Shown here piece by piece: positions 36,053 to 46,021 of a stretch of DNA of 53,888 bases; position 1 is the stretch's first letter, and every line of letters starts with the position of its first letter. A program made the position numbers and the translations under genes. This DNA is from Patescibacteria group bacterium (GTDB lineage Bacteria; Patescibacteriota; Minisyncoccia; Minisyncoccales; PEYH01). The DNA lies in contig JAYENY010000001.1 in NCBI GenBank assembly GCA_034722415.1, positions 1-53,888 of the forward strand. Direction: 5' to 3'. The notes under the pieces were generated by a model. It was given only the letters and a program-made list of their open reading frames with translations. It searched no databases and was not told the DNA's origin.

Positions 36053-36355
36053 TTATTCTTGATAAAAAGGGTTAGCATAAGTTTTAAAATCCGCCTCAAA
36101 AAACTTCTGTTTTCGCTGAGCATAATTACTTAGAAAATTTTGATAAAGCTTTTCGTCCAATTCTATCATCTTCACTACTGTTATTGGCTCTTTAGTAACA
36201 ACTAAAAAACCATAATAATAAAAAATGGCGCCTCCTATAAGTAGCATTAAAGAAACAAAAATAATAAAGCTTACAAAAGCCTTTTCTCCCAAAAACCAAA
36301 CTATTTTCTGGGAAATTTTTTTAATTTTTTGAAAATTAATTTTAACTTTGGACAT
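36053..36355 (-). CDS. Small single-pass membrane protein at the end of pilus locus 2 (PilP-like position, C-terminal NPF)
   Basis: 100 aa with a TM (FVSFIIFVSLMLLIGGAIFYYYGFLVV) and a C-terminal YANPFYQE. 14-nt overlap with the PilO-like gene. Confidence 0.45.
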   Translation of the reverse strand: MSKVKINFQKIKKISQKIVWFLGEKAFVSFIIFVSLMLLIGGAIFYYYGFLVVTKEPITVVKMIELDEKLYQNFLSNYAQRKQKFFEADFKTYANPFYQE

Positions 36356-36920
36356 AAGCCTTGATTAAAAGATTAATTTCGACATAATCGCCATCAGCAA
36401 TTGTTTCTTTTCCAGATTCATATTTAAAATCTTCTTCTCGATTAATATTTATACTAATTTCTTCTATTAACCATCTGCCATTCTCTAATTTTTCAAGGAA
36501 TCTCATTATATCAACAAATCTCCCTGTTCCTTCAATTCTAAAATTCATATAATCCCAAAATTCACTTTTCTTTTCGTGAAATCCCATGGGAGAAATTTTT
36601 AAGGCTAAATTAAAATCTGAGGCCTGTTCTTTAAAAAAATTAATAAAACTAATTGGAATCTCTGGATCAATAAGCGATTCTTTTTCTAAAAGATTTTCCA
36701 TTTCCTCTAATCCTTGTTCGTAGGAAAGGAAATTCTTCTCAAAATCATCAAAATTTTGACTTAATAATTCAACAGAGGCTAACTCTTCTCTCCGAGAAGC
36801 TAGTTCATCGGAAGTTTCTATAATACTTCTCAGCGTGGGCATAATACAAAACATAAGCAATGAGAAAAAAACAATTACTATAATAAAAATTGAGAGATAA
36901 TCTTTTTGTTTAAAATTCAT
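36342..36920 (-). CDS. PilO-like protein (locus 2)
   Basis: 192 aa with an N-terminal TM, a coiled coil and GTGRFVDIMRFLEKLENGRWLIEEISI. Confidence 0.6.
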   Translation of the reverse strand: MNFKQKDYLSIFIIVIVFFSLLMFCIMPTLRSIIETSDELASRREELASVELLSQNFDDFEKNFLSYEQGLEEMENLLEKESLIDPEIPISFINFFKEQASDFNLALKISPMGFHEKKSEFWDYMNFRIEGTGRFVDIMRFLEKLENGRWLIEEISININREEDFKYESGKETIADGDYVEINLLIKAYVQS

Positions 36921-37444
36921 TTTTCTAAATTAAAGCTCACTCTAAAATTTACGCCTTTTTGTTGTAGCCAATCTGGAATAACAAAATTAGTTTCTTTAAA
37001 GTCTTCCTGTTCTCTTAATGTCTGCCTGAAATTATTAGCTGAATCTATATCTAGAGCGTATCCAGTAAAAACAACTTGCGAACCTCTTGTTTGATAAGAA
37101 AAATTTTCTAAATAAACGCTTGATTCAACCAATAAAGAAAATTCCTCTACAAAAGCAGACAGAGAAAATTGATTTTCGTAAAAATCATTAAGTTCTGATA
37201 AAGAATTATTAACTGAGTTTATCTTTTTTTGAAGGACTTGAACTTGAAAATTTTTTTCTCTTTCTACTTCAATCGAAGCCTCTTGAAATACTATCTCATC
37301 AGCAATGTAAAATTTAATAGAGAGCAAAATTAAACCAAAAGATAACGTAGAGGCTATAATTAAAATCCCTAAAATCCAAATAAGTTTTAAGATTTTTTCT
37401 TGAACTCTTTTTTCTTTTTCGATTGGAGGAAGTAAGCTTATCAT
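36917..37444 (-). CDS. PilN-like protein (locus 2)
   Basis: 175 aa. The N-terminal MISLLPP matches the conserved PilN INLLP-type PilM-binding motif. A TM and a coiled coil follow. Confidence 0.65.
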   Translation of the reverse strand: MISLLPPIEKEKRVQEKILKLIWILGILIIASTLSFGLILLSIKFYIADEIVFQEASIEVEREKNFQVQVLQKKINSVNNSLSELNDFYENQFSLSAFVEEFSLLVESSVYLENFSYQTRGSQVVFTGYALDIDSANNFRQTLREQEDFKETNFVIPDWLQQKGVNFRVSFNLEK

Positions 37445-37498
37445 AATTTATTTTATCTTATGCTCTCTTTATCAATAAAGAGGGGACATAAAAAATGA

Positions 37499-38581
37499 TT
37501 ACAAAACATCTCCTAAGGCTAAGCCTATTGCCGTAGTATAAGATAATAGTTTTTTTCTTTTTAACAAATTCTTAATCTCTTTATCTTCTATTGGTAGATT
37601 AATTAAGGGATTACCCTTTTGCACAATTAATCCTGTTTCTTGTGATAAAAACTTCGTCAACCCGCGCAAGTTGGCTCCGCCACCACAAATAACAATATTC
37701 TTAGTTTCTTTGCCGTTGTTTAAGAATTTTTCATGCTTAGCATGAATTCCATAATAATCAATATGCTTTTTTATCTCCCAACTAAATTCAGTTAAAATAG
37801 GTAGCATTATTTTGAAAAGTTTTTTGGCTCTAGCTCCTGTCTGCTGAAAACCATACGAAGTTTTTAGTTTTTCCGCCTTAGATTTTTTTATTTTCATATC
37901 TTCAGCAATAGCGATGTTTAATTTATTCGAAGAAAATGGAATAAAAGAAGTAAATCGCATAGAGTCCCGGAAATAAACACTAAAATTACTGCAAGTTGCA
38001 CCTATGTCGATTATAAAGATTGGTTTTTTTGTTTTCTGCCCCTTAATCAAAGCTCTAACTGTTGCCTGAGACTCTGTTTCCATGCTAGTTGGAATAAGTC
38101 CTGCCCTATAAATAGCAGAGACATAAGAATCTACTGTTTTCTTAGATAGCGCAGCTAATAAAACTTCTACATGGTTTAAGGAATTATCTGATCGTTTAAT
38201 TATTTGAGAATCAAGATAAACTTTTTCTACGCTAAAGGGAATATAATTCTCTGCTTCAAAGCAAACAGCGCCTTTTATTTCCTCATCGCTCATTTTTGGC
38301 ATCTCAATCAAACTTACAAACGTTTTTTCTTCAGGCAAGGAAACCACAACATGTTTTGTGTCTAATCCGGGAGTTTTATCAACTAACCGCTGAATAGCTT
38401 CTGCTAGTTTTTTTTCATTTTTTATTTCTCCATGCTCAATCACTCCCGCAGGCAACGAAATCTCGTTCATAGCTCCGATTCGTAATTGATTCTTTTGCTT
38501 CTTAATTTTAATGACCTTCAAAGACATGTCAGAAATGTCTAACCCAAAGGTGCTTGGATTGAGATTAAGTAAATCAAACAT
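37499..38581 (-). CDS. pilM: PilM-like actin-fold protein (locus 2)
   Basis: 360 aa. FGLDISDMSLKVIKI, IDIGATCSNFSVY and CGGGANLRGL. Confidence 0.8.
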   Translation of the reverse strand: MFDLLNLNPSTFGLDISDMSLKVIKIKKQKNQLRIGAMNEISLPAGVIEHGEIKNEKKLAEAIQRLVDKTPGLDTKHVVVSLPEEKTFVSLIEMPKMSDEEIKGAVCFEAENYIPFSVEKVYLDSQIIKRSDNSLNHVEVLLAALSKKTVDSYVSAIYRAGLIPTSMETESQATVRALIKGQKTKKPIFIIDIGATCSNFSVYFRDSMRFTSFIPFSSNKLNIAIAEDMKIKKSKAEKLKTSYGFQQTGARAKKLFKIMLPILTEFSWEIKKHIDYYGIHAKHEKFLNNGKETKNIVICGGGANLRGLTKFLSQETGLIVQKGNPLINLPIEDKEIKNLLKRKKLLSYTTAIGLALGDVL

Positions 38582-38605
38582 TAATTAATAGATAATTATT
38601 ATTTA

Positions 38606-40075
38606 TTATTGAATTTCTTCCCATCCCCTATAACTAAACTCTTCGGAGATACATGGTAAAAACGGAGGAGGGTAGTACCCAAGTTCTGGGTTATAAAGAT
38701 TTTCTCTTTCCATGTAACCGCTAACCGGACTTCCTCCTGATGTCCATTGTGTCCCTACTCTACCATTGCTAACTATAGTACCATAAATATTTAATTCTTC
38801 CTTTTTTCCATACGAAGGATACCATGCCGCAGAATAATAATTAATACCAAATTTTCCTGTTTGCGCTATAAAAATTCCGTGAAGATCCATATATTGAGGA
38901 GAATCTGGGCTAATTAAAACATCTTGTTGGCTAATTAAGACAAATCCGTCTGCGTTACCTCCATATTTATACTCAATATTACCTTTTAGCCAGGCGTTTA
39001 CCTCTTCCTCTGGATTAATTAAATTAGCTACGGCCAAAGTCATTCTTCCGCCTATCTCTCCTTCAATCCAGACATTATCTTCTATGTATATAAGGCCACA
39101 ATCTTCTAGGATGTATTCAATCGCCGCGCCTTCTTCGCTAATAATTGAATATTCCCAATGATAACCTTCCTCTTCGGTATAAGCTCTAACTCTACTTAAT
39201 TCTGTAATCTTACTAACACTTAATGTTCTGTCGTCTATTATAACATGATAACCTTCCTCATCAGAAGGAGGGAAATAAAGACCTTTACCATCTCCCTCTG
39301 GTAATGGTTGAGTTAAGGATTTAATTCTGCCTAAATCAACTGTAATTCCTTCGAAATCAAAATGAGAAGATCCAATCCTAAAAAAATCTTGGTTCCCATT
39401 GGCTGTTGTAAAAACTCCTGGGCACACGCATTCCTCGCCAGGTATCCATTCACAGTCAGAAGGACAACTAGTACAGCCATAAGAATGAGTACAAACCCAT
39501 TCTTCTTGCTCTGACATTACTAAAGAATTATTAGTTGCATCCATTCTGATTCCTCCATTAGAGTGATATGGACCCATGATTATTCTATCCGCTCCCGCCC
39601 AAACATCGTGATTCAGAATATATGAATATTCAGCTACGCTAGGTTTAATATAACGTACCCTAATCTTTCTTCGAACATCTGGAAACTGAGGAGTCCAGCC
39701 GATAACGGTAACGCCCATTGCCACACTAACTCCGCAAGACCTATCTTCGTCTATCTCCAATTGATATTTTCCAACTACCCCTACCCCAGGTAAAGCTAAT
39801 TCATATTCACATTCAGCACAATCAGCACAATCAGATGGGGGACAACCAATTTCTTCTCCTCCAAAAATTTCTTGAGATTTTTGAATTAGATACCACTTAT
39901 ATCTATCAAGCCCAGATTCAGCTACATGAAGGGACTGTTCATAGGCAAGCTCATATTTCGCCTGTCTCAACTGTGAAAGAATAAAACTTAATAATCCAGC
40001 TAAAATCAATAAAAAAACAAAACCAAAAATCAAGATATAAGTAATAATAAAACCTTTGTTTTTATCTTTCTTCAT
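38606..40075 (-). CDS. Large PilX-like minor pilin (hydrophobic N-terminal helix without Glu5), Cys-rich
   Basis: 489 aa. KNKGFIITYILIFGFVFLLILAGLLSF followed by LRQAKYELAYEQSLHVAESGLD (PilX_N-like). Cys clusters include CPPSDCADCAEC and CTHSYGCTSCPSDCEWIPGEECVCPG. Confidence 0.65.
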   Translation of the reverse strand: MKKDKNKGFIITYILIFGFVFLLILAGLLSFILSQLRQAKYELAYEQSLHVAESGLDRYKWYLIQKSQEIFGGEEIGCPPSDCADCAECEYELALPGVGVVGKYQLEIDEDRSCGVSVAMGVTVIGWTPQFPDVRRKIRVRYIKPSVAEYSYILNHDVWAGADRIIMGPYHSNGGIRMDATNNSLVMSEQEEWVCTHSYGCTSCPSDCEWIPGEECVCPGVFTTANGNQDFFRIGSSHFDFEGITVDLGRIKSLTQPLPEGDGKGLYFPPSDEEGYHVIIDDRTLSVSKITELSRVRAYTEEEGYHWEYSIISEEGAAIEYILEDCGLIYIEDNVWIEGEIGGRMTLAVANLINPEEEVNAWLKGNIEYKYGGNADGFVLISQQDVLISPDSPQYMDLHGIFIAQTGKFGINYYSAAWYPSYGKKEELNIYGTIVSNGRVGTQWTSGGSPVSGYMERENLYNPELGYYPPPFLPCISEEFSYRGWEEIQ

Positions 40076-40079
40076 TTTT

Positions 40080-41081
40080 TTAATCTTCTCCCATCTTTAA
40101 ATTTCTTAACTGAACCTTGCTTTCTAGAGTATAATCTCCTGGGTCGTAATCTGGCTCCACATTAATAATTAAAGATACTTGCATTAAGCGAGTTTCCTCT
40201 GGTCTAGCGGGATATTCAATAATTTCTTCACCGTTTTCATCAAAATATCTAAAAACATACTTTTCGGGATCCGATAATTTATTTTGAACATAAACAGATA
40301 AAACTTCTACCTCTTCTTGATCGCTTAAATAAACTGGTGGGTCTTCTATTGGATTTATTACTCCTCTCTTAAATTCCATATCCTGCCCCGTAGTAGTTTC
40401 TGTCCAAGACAATATAAATTGTGCTTTCATTGAATGGCCTGGCTCCTGCCAATTGCAAAAATTATCCACTTTTTTAGATGCATCAGCAATAAATTGAAGA
40501 AAATTGTCTTGGGCTTGTTCTGTGACATCAAAAGAAATCGTTGACTGCCAGAAGCCAGAACAATCAGAGCATTCTCCCTGGCTGTCGCATAATTCTCCTA
40601 GACTAATACCGTCAACAAAAATTTCTGAGAATTCCCGTACCCAGCCAAAGTCTCCCTCAATACTAATTTGAACTTGAGCCTGCTCTAATATTCCTTCATA
40701 AAAATCCGAAAAAACAACAGAACACGAACCGCCAGTAATATTGCTAACACAATCTTCGGTTTCTTCTTTATTAGAAACTCCTCCTAAAAAATAGCGTACT
40801 CTTTCTATATCTCCATCATTATCAATGTCGCTGAAAAAAATAAATTCGCTATCTTCCGCTTTTTCAATAATATACGAGCCATCTCCTCCTGCTCGCGCCT
40901 CTCTTATCTCTCTAACCATAACCTTAACCCCTCTTCTCGCCTCATCAATAGCGTATGCTTGATTCCATGCATAATTATTTGTTTTATAAAGAAAAGGAAT
41001 TAAACTAAATAGGGCGCCAGAAATCAGCCCAAAGATTGCGATGGCTACTAACATTTCAATTAATGTAAATCCTTTATTCAT
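40080..41081 (-). CDS. Minor pilin / pseudopilin (PilW/GspJ-like) with a Cys-rich insertion
   Basis: MNKGFTLIEMLVAIAIFGLISGALF prepilin motif. ERVRYFL beta-strand motif. 8-nt overlap with the upstream gene. Confidence 0.8.
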   Translation of the reverse strand: MNKGFTLIEMLVAIAIFGLISGALFSLIPFLYKTNNYAWNQAYAIDEARRGVKVMVREIREARAGGDGSYIIEKAEDSEFIFFSDIDNDGDIERVRYFLGGVSNKEETEDCVSNITGGSCSVVFSDFYEGILEQAQVQISIEGDFGWVREFSEIFVDGISLGELCDSQGECSDCSGFWQSTISFDVTEQAQDNFLQFIADASKKVDNFCNWQEPGHSMKAQFILSWTETTTGQDMEFKRGVINPIEDPPVYLSDQEEVEVLSVYVQNKLSDPEKYVFRYFDENGEEIIEYPARPEETRLMQVSLIINVEPDYDPGDYTLESKVQLRNLKMGED

Positions 41082-42876
41082 ACCTTTCTAATCCTACTGT
41101 TTTATAATCTTCTCCTGTGATACCAAAAGAATACGATTTATTATAATAATTATCTGCTTCAATGTTTAAACTATAATTTGGATTAGAGTCTAAGGGAATA
41201 AAGAGCGCCTCTCCTTCCATGTTTGTGCTATTAGCTTCCTCATACTCTAAGGGAGAATTAGAAAGAGAAACCATGGCTCCAAAAATTGGATCCGTACTAG
41301 AGGCATCTTGAACCTTAACTAATAAAGAGTTGTCTGATTCCAAATAAAGAACAACAGCAGTAGTTGTTCCCGAAGAAAGATTGTATGGCATTGGACTTAG
41401 CCCTTGATTAAGGTTTAATGATTGATCATCCTTGTTGAAATCAGAAAAATAATAATTATCTGTTTCCATTTCTAAAAATTCTTTTTCACCGCTTAAATTC
41501 GAGGAATAATTCCCATCATATTTATAAATCAGCTCTTCGCTTGCATCTGTTCCTACTATTTTATCTCCCCTTAAGTCAAAATTAACGCTAGCGATTGGAG
41601 TGGCTGAGCCATTTTTCCATGAAAGTTGCCAATCGTAAAGAGTTGGAGTTTTTTCTAAATTATTAGTCGAAAAACTTGTTTTAATCTTTAAGTTAGGAAA
41701 CTCTAATACATCTAAAGAAGATAAATCGATCGGAGAAGAATCAAATCCATTCTCGTTGCCAGGCAAATTACTATTTGGAATTAAATGCCAATCACTGCTA
41801 GTGCTATAAAAAAGCTGATAATTAATATCTGTTTGTAATTCTTCAAAGTCAGACCATTCTAATTCATACCATTGAGTTATTCCTGCTGGAATAATAGCGT
41901 CCGAAACTAGGTCCCCTGAAGGAAAATAAGTAACAGGAGAACTGGCTGCTAATGTAGCTTTTCCATCAGCAATTGTTAAATTATTAATTTCGGAAATCTT
42001 ATCTTGATTCAAAAAAGTATCTAAGAAACTACCTCCTCCCCACGAAAGGGAAGTACTTACTGTTAGATCGCTAGATTCATCCATAATAAAAGTAATGGGA
42101 TATACCTCTCCTTCTCTAATCGTGGGATTGTTTCTTGTTGGAGCAACAATAATCGAACCATTGTATTCCTCTCCTGACTTAAATGTTTGATCAATACCAT
42201 ACCCTTGCTTTTCAACAATAATCTTATAATCATTGGATGATTCAGAAGCGTCTAAAATTAAAAGTCTCGTCCCAATGCTTTGTAGATCAGTGCCATAACA
42301 CTGGTCTATGCCAAGAGTTTGATTAATAATGCGAATAGTATCATCTGGGCAGGGGGGCAACTGATCTCCAGTTTGAATCTCAATTGGTTGCCCCGAGCTG
42401 TTGCTTAAAGCAATACGCAAAGCACCCTTTCCCTCTCCCGTTTCTAACCCGTCAGAAGCAATATTTGTACTTAAAACAGTTTCTCCTCCAAAAAAATCAG
42501 CCCAAAGAATTCTAACTTTTATTTTTTTGTAATCATTAGGCGCTACATCTGGAGCGACAATTAATCCACCACAATCAAACCCGCTTATCGTACCATCAGC
42601 ACAGTCATCAAAATCCTCAACTAAAGTTTGAATATTATAAGAAACCCCATTTAGAATAATAGTATCTTCACTCGTCTCAATATTGCTAAAAGATAAATTT
42701 CTTAATTCTTCAATACTTTGGCTTGCTAAATATACGGCTCCCATTTTAGCCTTTGATTGCGCGACGACTTTGATTGCTAATCTAAAACCGCCCACGATTC
42801 CTATAAAAACAATTGAAATTAAAAAACACGCCACCAAAACTTCTATAAGTGTAAATGCTTTTTGTTTTCTTCTCAT
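41074..42876 (-). CDS. Giant minor pilin / pseudopilin (600 aa) with a C-terminal carboxypeptidase-regulatory-like beta-sandwich
   Basis: MRRKQKAFTLIEVLVACFLISIVFIGIV prepilin motif. C-terminal LLVKVQDASSTDPIFGAMVSLSN...EGEALFIPLDSNPNYSLNIEADNYY. Confidence 0.8.
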   Translation of the reverse strand: MRRKQKAFTLIEVLVACFLISIVFIGIVGGFRLAIKVVAQSKAKMGAVYLASQSIEELRNLSFSNIETSEDTIILNGVSYNIQTLVEDFDDCADGTISGFDCGGLIVAPDVAPNDYKKIKVRILWADFFGGETVLSTNIASDGLETGEGKGALRIALSNSSGQPIEIQTGDQLPPCPDDTIRIINQTLGIDQCYGTDLQSIGTRLLILDASESSNDYKIIVEKQGYGIDQTFKSGEEYNGSIIVAPTRNNPTIREGEVYPITFIMDESSDLTVSTSLSWGGGSFLDTFLNQDKISEINNLTIADGKATLAASSPVTYFPSGDLVSDAIIPAGITQWYELEWSDFEELQTDINYQLFYSTSSDWHLIPNSNLPGNENGFDSSPIDLSSLDVLEFPNLKIKTSFSTNNLEKTPTLYDWQLSWKNGSATPIASVNFDLRGDKIVGTDASEELIYKYDGNYSSNLSGEKEFLEMETDNYYFSDFNKDDQSLNLNQGLSPMPYNLSSGTTTAVVLYLESDNSLLVKVQDASSTDPIFGAMVSLSNSPLEYEEANSTNMEGEALFIPLDSNPNYSLNIEADNYYNKSYSFGITGEDYKTVGLERYE

Positions 42877-42923
42877 ATTCCTCCCGTAATCAGGTTTGTT
42901 AGATCCCTAGTTATTATTATTTT

Positions 42924-42932
42924 ATTCTAACA
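42924..42932 (-). promoter_or_regulatory. Extended -10 promoter candidate (TGtTAGAAT) for the minor-pilin/pilMNO unit
   Basis: Minus strand reads TGtTAGAAT (rc 42924-42932). An SD, GGGAGG, lies just upstream of the ATG at 42876. Confidence 0.4.
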
Positions 42933-42957
42933 AAAAAACGCCTAGTTGGCGATTTTT
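42932..42957 (-). terminator. Short terminator after the pilC-like gene
   Basis: Minus strand reads aaaaatCGCC-aacta-GGCGttttttt. The stem is only 4 GC pairs, with A/T extension and a T7 run. Confidence 0.4.
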
Positions 42958-42995
42958 ACGCTCTTGTATTTAATTCTTTTCGTGTCCTCTATTTC

Positions 42996-44231
42996 TTACA
43001 TCCCCTCCATTATCGAATACATAGGTTGAACCATAGCAATGGCAAAAAATCCAACCATTGATCCTATAACTATTAAAAGAACTGGCTCAATAATAGAAGA
43101 TAAATTTTGGGTCGCATTACTTACTTGTTCTTCGAAAAAATCAGCCAATTTAGTTAACATCTCTGATGTTTTTCCTGTTTCTTCCCCTATCTTTAACATT
43201 TGTAAAAAAAGTTGGGGATAAAGATCTGAGAATCCAGACATAGCAGCAGAAAGCTTCTTGCCTTTTTGGACTTCTTTTGCTGAATTTTTTAACGCTTCTT
43301 TGAAATAAATATTGTTTACTGCGCCAGACGAAATTTCAAGTGCAGATACTATCGGAACACCACCGTTTATCATAGCGCTTAAAGACAGGGAAGTGTAAGC
43401 ACAATTTATTTTCCTTATCAAGGTTGAAAGCACTGGAGTTCTTAAGAAAAATTTATCTAAAAACTTTTTGCCTGATTTAGTTCTAGATAAAACAATAATT
43501 AAGAATGGTATTCCAATTAAAAATATAATAACGATATACCAGTAAGAAACGAAAAATCCTCCAAGCGCAATCACAAATCTTGTCATGAGTGGCAAATCTA
43601 TTCCCAATTCTTGAAATGTTTGGCTTAATTGAGGAACAACTTTTACTAACATTACAATGCCAATTAAAATCATGGCTCCAATAATCACTGACGGATAAAC
43701 CATTGCACCCTTAACCTTAGCCCTTAACTTATAATTCCTCTCTAATTGAACTGCTAATATGCCTAAAATTTCTTCCATTTTACCAGTCTGTTCTCCAACT
43801 TTAATCATGCTAGAATAAATTTCAGGAAAAATCTTCGGGTATTTAGCTACTGCAACAGATAATGCTAAGCCCTTAACAATCTTTTCTTTTATTTCTAAAA
43901 GAACTTTTTTAAAATATTTATTCTTAGTTTGAAGAGCTAATACATCTAATGCTTTAGGCAAAGAAACCCCAGCCGAAATCATTACTTGCAAGTTCTTAGT
44001 CATCATTAACTTCTCGGTTAAAGACACTCTACGAAACGTTAGTGAGATATTTATTTCTTTTCCTCCTTTTTTCTTGTCTTTTGCTTTTCCTTTTTTCTTT
44101 GCTTCAGCTGAAATTAAAAAAAAGCCTTCCGACTTTAATAGGCGTGCTAATTTTGCTTTATTACTAGCTTCTTTTTGTCCTTTTTGCTTTTTACCTTCTA
44201 TTGATTTAGCAATGTAATTATAATTTGGCAT
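42996..44231 (-). CDS. PilC/GspF-family platform protein (locus 2)
   Basis: 411 aa with duplicated T2SSF domains and three TMs. A Lys-rich insertion lies near the N-terminus. Confidence 0.85.
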   Translation of the reverse strand: MPNYNYIAKSIEGKKQKGQKEASNKAKLARLLKSEGFFLISAEAKKKGKAKDKKKGGKEINISLTFRRVSLTEKLMMTKNLQVMISAGVSLPKALDVLALQTKNKYFKKVLLEIKEKIVKGLALSVAVAKYPKIFPEIYSSMIKVGEQTGKMEEILGILAVQLERNYKLRAKVKGAMVYPSVIIGAMILIGIVMLVKVVPQLSQTFQELGIDLPLMTRFVIALGGFFVSYWYIVIIFLIGIPFLIIVLSRTKSGKKFLDKFFLRTPVLSTLIRKINCAYTSLSLSAMINGGVPIVSALEISSGAVNNIYFKEALKNSAKEVQKGKKLSAAMSGFSDLYPQLFLQMLKIGEETGKTSEMLTKLADFFEEQVSNATQNLSSIIEPVLLIVIGSMVGFFAIAMVQPMYSIMEGM

Positions 44232-44242
44232 AAATCAAATAT

Positions 44243-45997
44243 TTATTCCATAATTACTCGAAGAATTTCCTCTAGAGTAGTAATTCCTTGAGCTGCCTTA
44301 ACAAAACCATCTTCTGCCATTGTTCTCATTCCTTCTTTAATTGCCCTTTCTTGAATTTGGCTAGAAAAAACTCCTTTATTAATCAATCTCTTTATGCTTT
44401 CTGTAATTGGCAAAACTTCATAAATTCCGCATCTTCCTTTGTAGCCCTTTGGACAGGTTTTGCTTTTTTTATGATTATAGAATTTTATATTAGAAAGATT
44501 TTGACTAGATTTAATAATCTTATCTTCTTTTAGCGCATTTAAAAAACGACTAGAGTCACAAGATTCAAATAATTCTTTTATTTTTTTAGCGCTTATCTTA
44601 TGTTCTTCTTTATCTTCGCAAAGTTTCCTTACTAAGCGCTGTGCTAAAACTAAATTTAATGTAGACGCGATTAAAAACGGTTCTATTTTCATATCTATAA
44701 GGCGAGGGATTGCACCAGCTGCACTATTTGTGTGTAGCGTAGACAAAACTAAATGCCCAGTAAGTGCTGCGTTAATTGCTAAGGAAGCGGTTTCACTATC
44801 TCTAATTTCTCCGACCATAATAACATCAGGGTCCTGCCTCAATAAAGAGCGAAGTCCATTCGCAAATGAAAGCCCAATTTTAGGCTTCACTTGAGTCTGG
44901 TTAACTCTTGGCATCTGATATTCAATAGGATCTTCTATTGTACAAATATTAACCTCTGGAACATTTAAAATTTCCAACATGGAATAAAGGGTGGTTGTTT
45001 TACCAGATCCAGTTGGGCCTGTAACTAAAATTAATCCAGTTGGTTTTTTGATTGCAGTTTCAATATATTCCAGCGCTTTTCCTCTTAACCCTAGTTCTTC
45101 TAAAGAATGTCCTTTTATCCCTTCTGCTAAAAGACGCATCACTATTTTTTCTCCATTCAAAACTGGTAACACAGATACCCTAACTGAATATCTCCCATTG
45201 CTAGTTTTAAATTTGAAGCGTCCATCTTGAGGTAAGCGATGTTCGTCTAGCTTAAGGTCTGCGAGAACTTTTATTCTGGCAACAACTCCTGGAGCAATCT
45301 GCTTAGGGAGAGTCATAGCATCTCTTAATATTCCATCAATTCTATAGCGAACTGTAACTTCTTTTTCTGATGGTTCAATATGAATATCTGACGATCTGTC
45401 TAAAACAGCATGTTGTAAAAGAGTTTCAACTATTCTAATGACCGGCATTTCTTGGGCTACTTGTTCTAAATTTTCTCCGTTTTTTTGCTTAGATTTTTTC
45501 TCTAAAAGTATCGGCTTTATATCCTTAGCCTCTTTTTTAATCAACTCCTTAAACTCTGCTTTTAGAGTTTTTCTGTATTGAGATAAAATATTCTTAATTC
45601 CTACAGGGGTAGTTAATCGTGGCAGAATCTTTAAATCTGATTTCTTTTTTATGAAATTAATAGTCTGAAGATCCTCTGGATCAAGCATTGCTACTTCTAA
45701 TTCCTTTTTTGTCTTTTTAAACGCAACAATATTGTGAGAGCGGGCGATTGGTTCAGGAATAATATCTAGAGCTTCCGGCGCAACAACTGTTTTCTCTAAA
45801 TTAACAAAAGGAATACCAAGAATATATGCTTTTAATCGGCTTAAATCTTCTTGAGAAATAAAATTATTAACAATCAAAACGTCTTCAACGTCTTCTTTGG
45901 ATTCTTTAGCAATTTTTTGTGCTTCAGCGAACTGTTCTTTAGTAAGAAGTTCTGCGTCCAATAAAAATGCCTTAAGTTGTTTGTTATCAACTTTCAT
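44243..45997 (-). CDS. PilB/GspE-family assembly ATPase (locus 2)
   Basis: 584 aa. T2SSE N-domain, GPTGSGKTT, IMVGEIRD and TLHTNSA. The Cys motif is degenerate (one Cys, then CPKGYKGRCG). Confidence 0.9.
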   Translation of the reverse strand: MKVDNKQLKAFLLDAELLTKEQFAEAQKIAKESKEDVEDVLIVNNFISQEDLSRLKAYILGIPFVNLEKTVVAPEALDIIPEPIARSHNIVAFKKTKKELEVAMLDPEDLQTINFIKKKSDLKILPRLTTPVGIKNILSQYRKTLKAEFKELIKKEAKDIKPILLEKKSKQKNGENLEQVAQEMPVIRIVETLLQHAVLDRSSDIHIEPSEKEVTVRYRIDGILRDAMTLPKQIAPGVVARIKVLADLKLDEHRLPQDGRFKFKTSNGRYSVRVSVLPVLNGEKIVMRLLAEGIKGHSLEELGLRGKALEYIETAIKKPTGLILVTGPTGSGKTTTLYSMLEILNVPEVNICTIEDPIEYQMPRVNQTQVKPKIGLSFANGLRSLLRQDPDVIMVGEIRDSETASLAINAALTGHLVLSTLHTNSAAGAIPRLIDMKIEPFLIASTLNLVLAQRLVRKLCEDKEEHKISAKKIKELFESCDSSRFLNALKEDKIIKSSQNLSNIKFYNHKKSKTCPKGYKGRCGIYEVLPITESIKRLINKGVFSSQIQERAIKEGMRTMAEDGFVKAAQGITTLEEILRVIME

Positions 45998-46021
45998 AAT
46001 TCAAAATAATAGTGAAATAAT

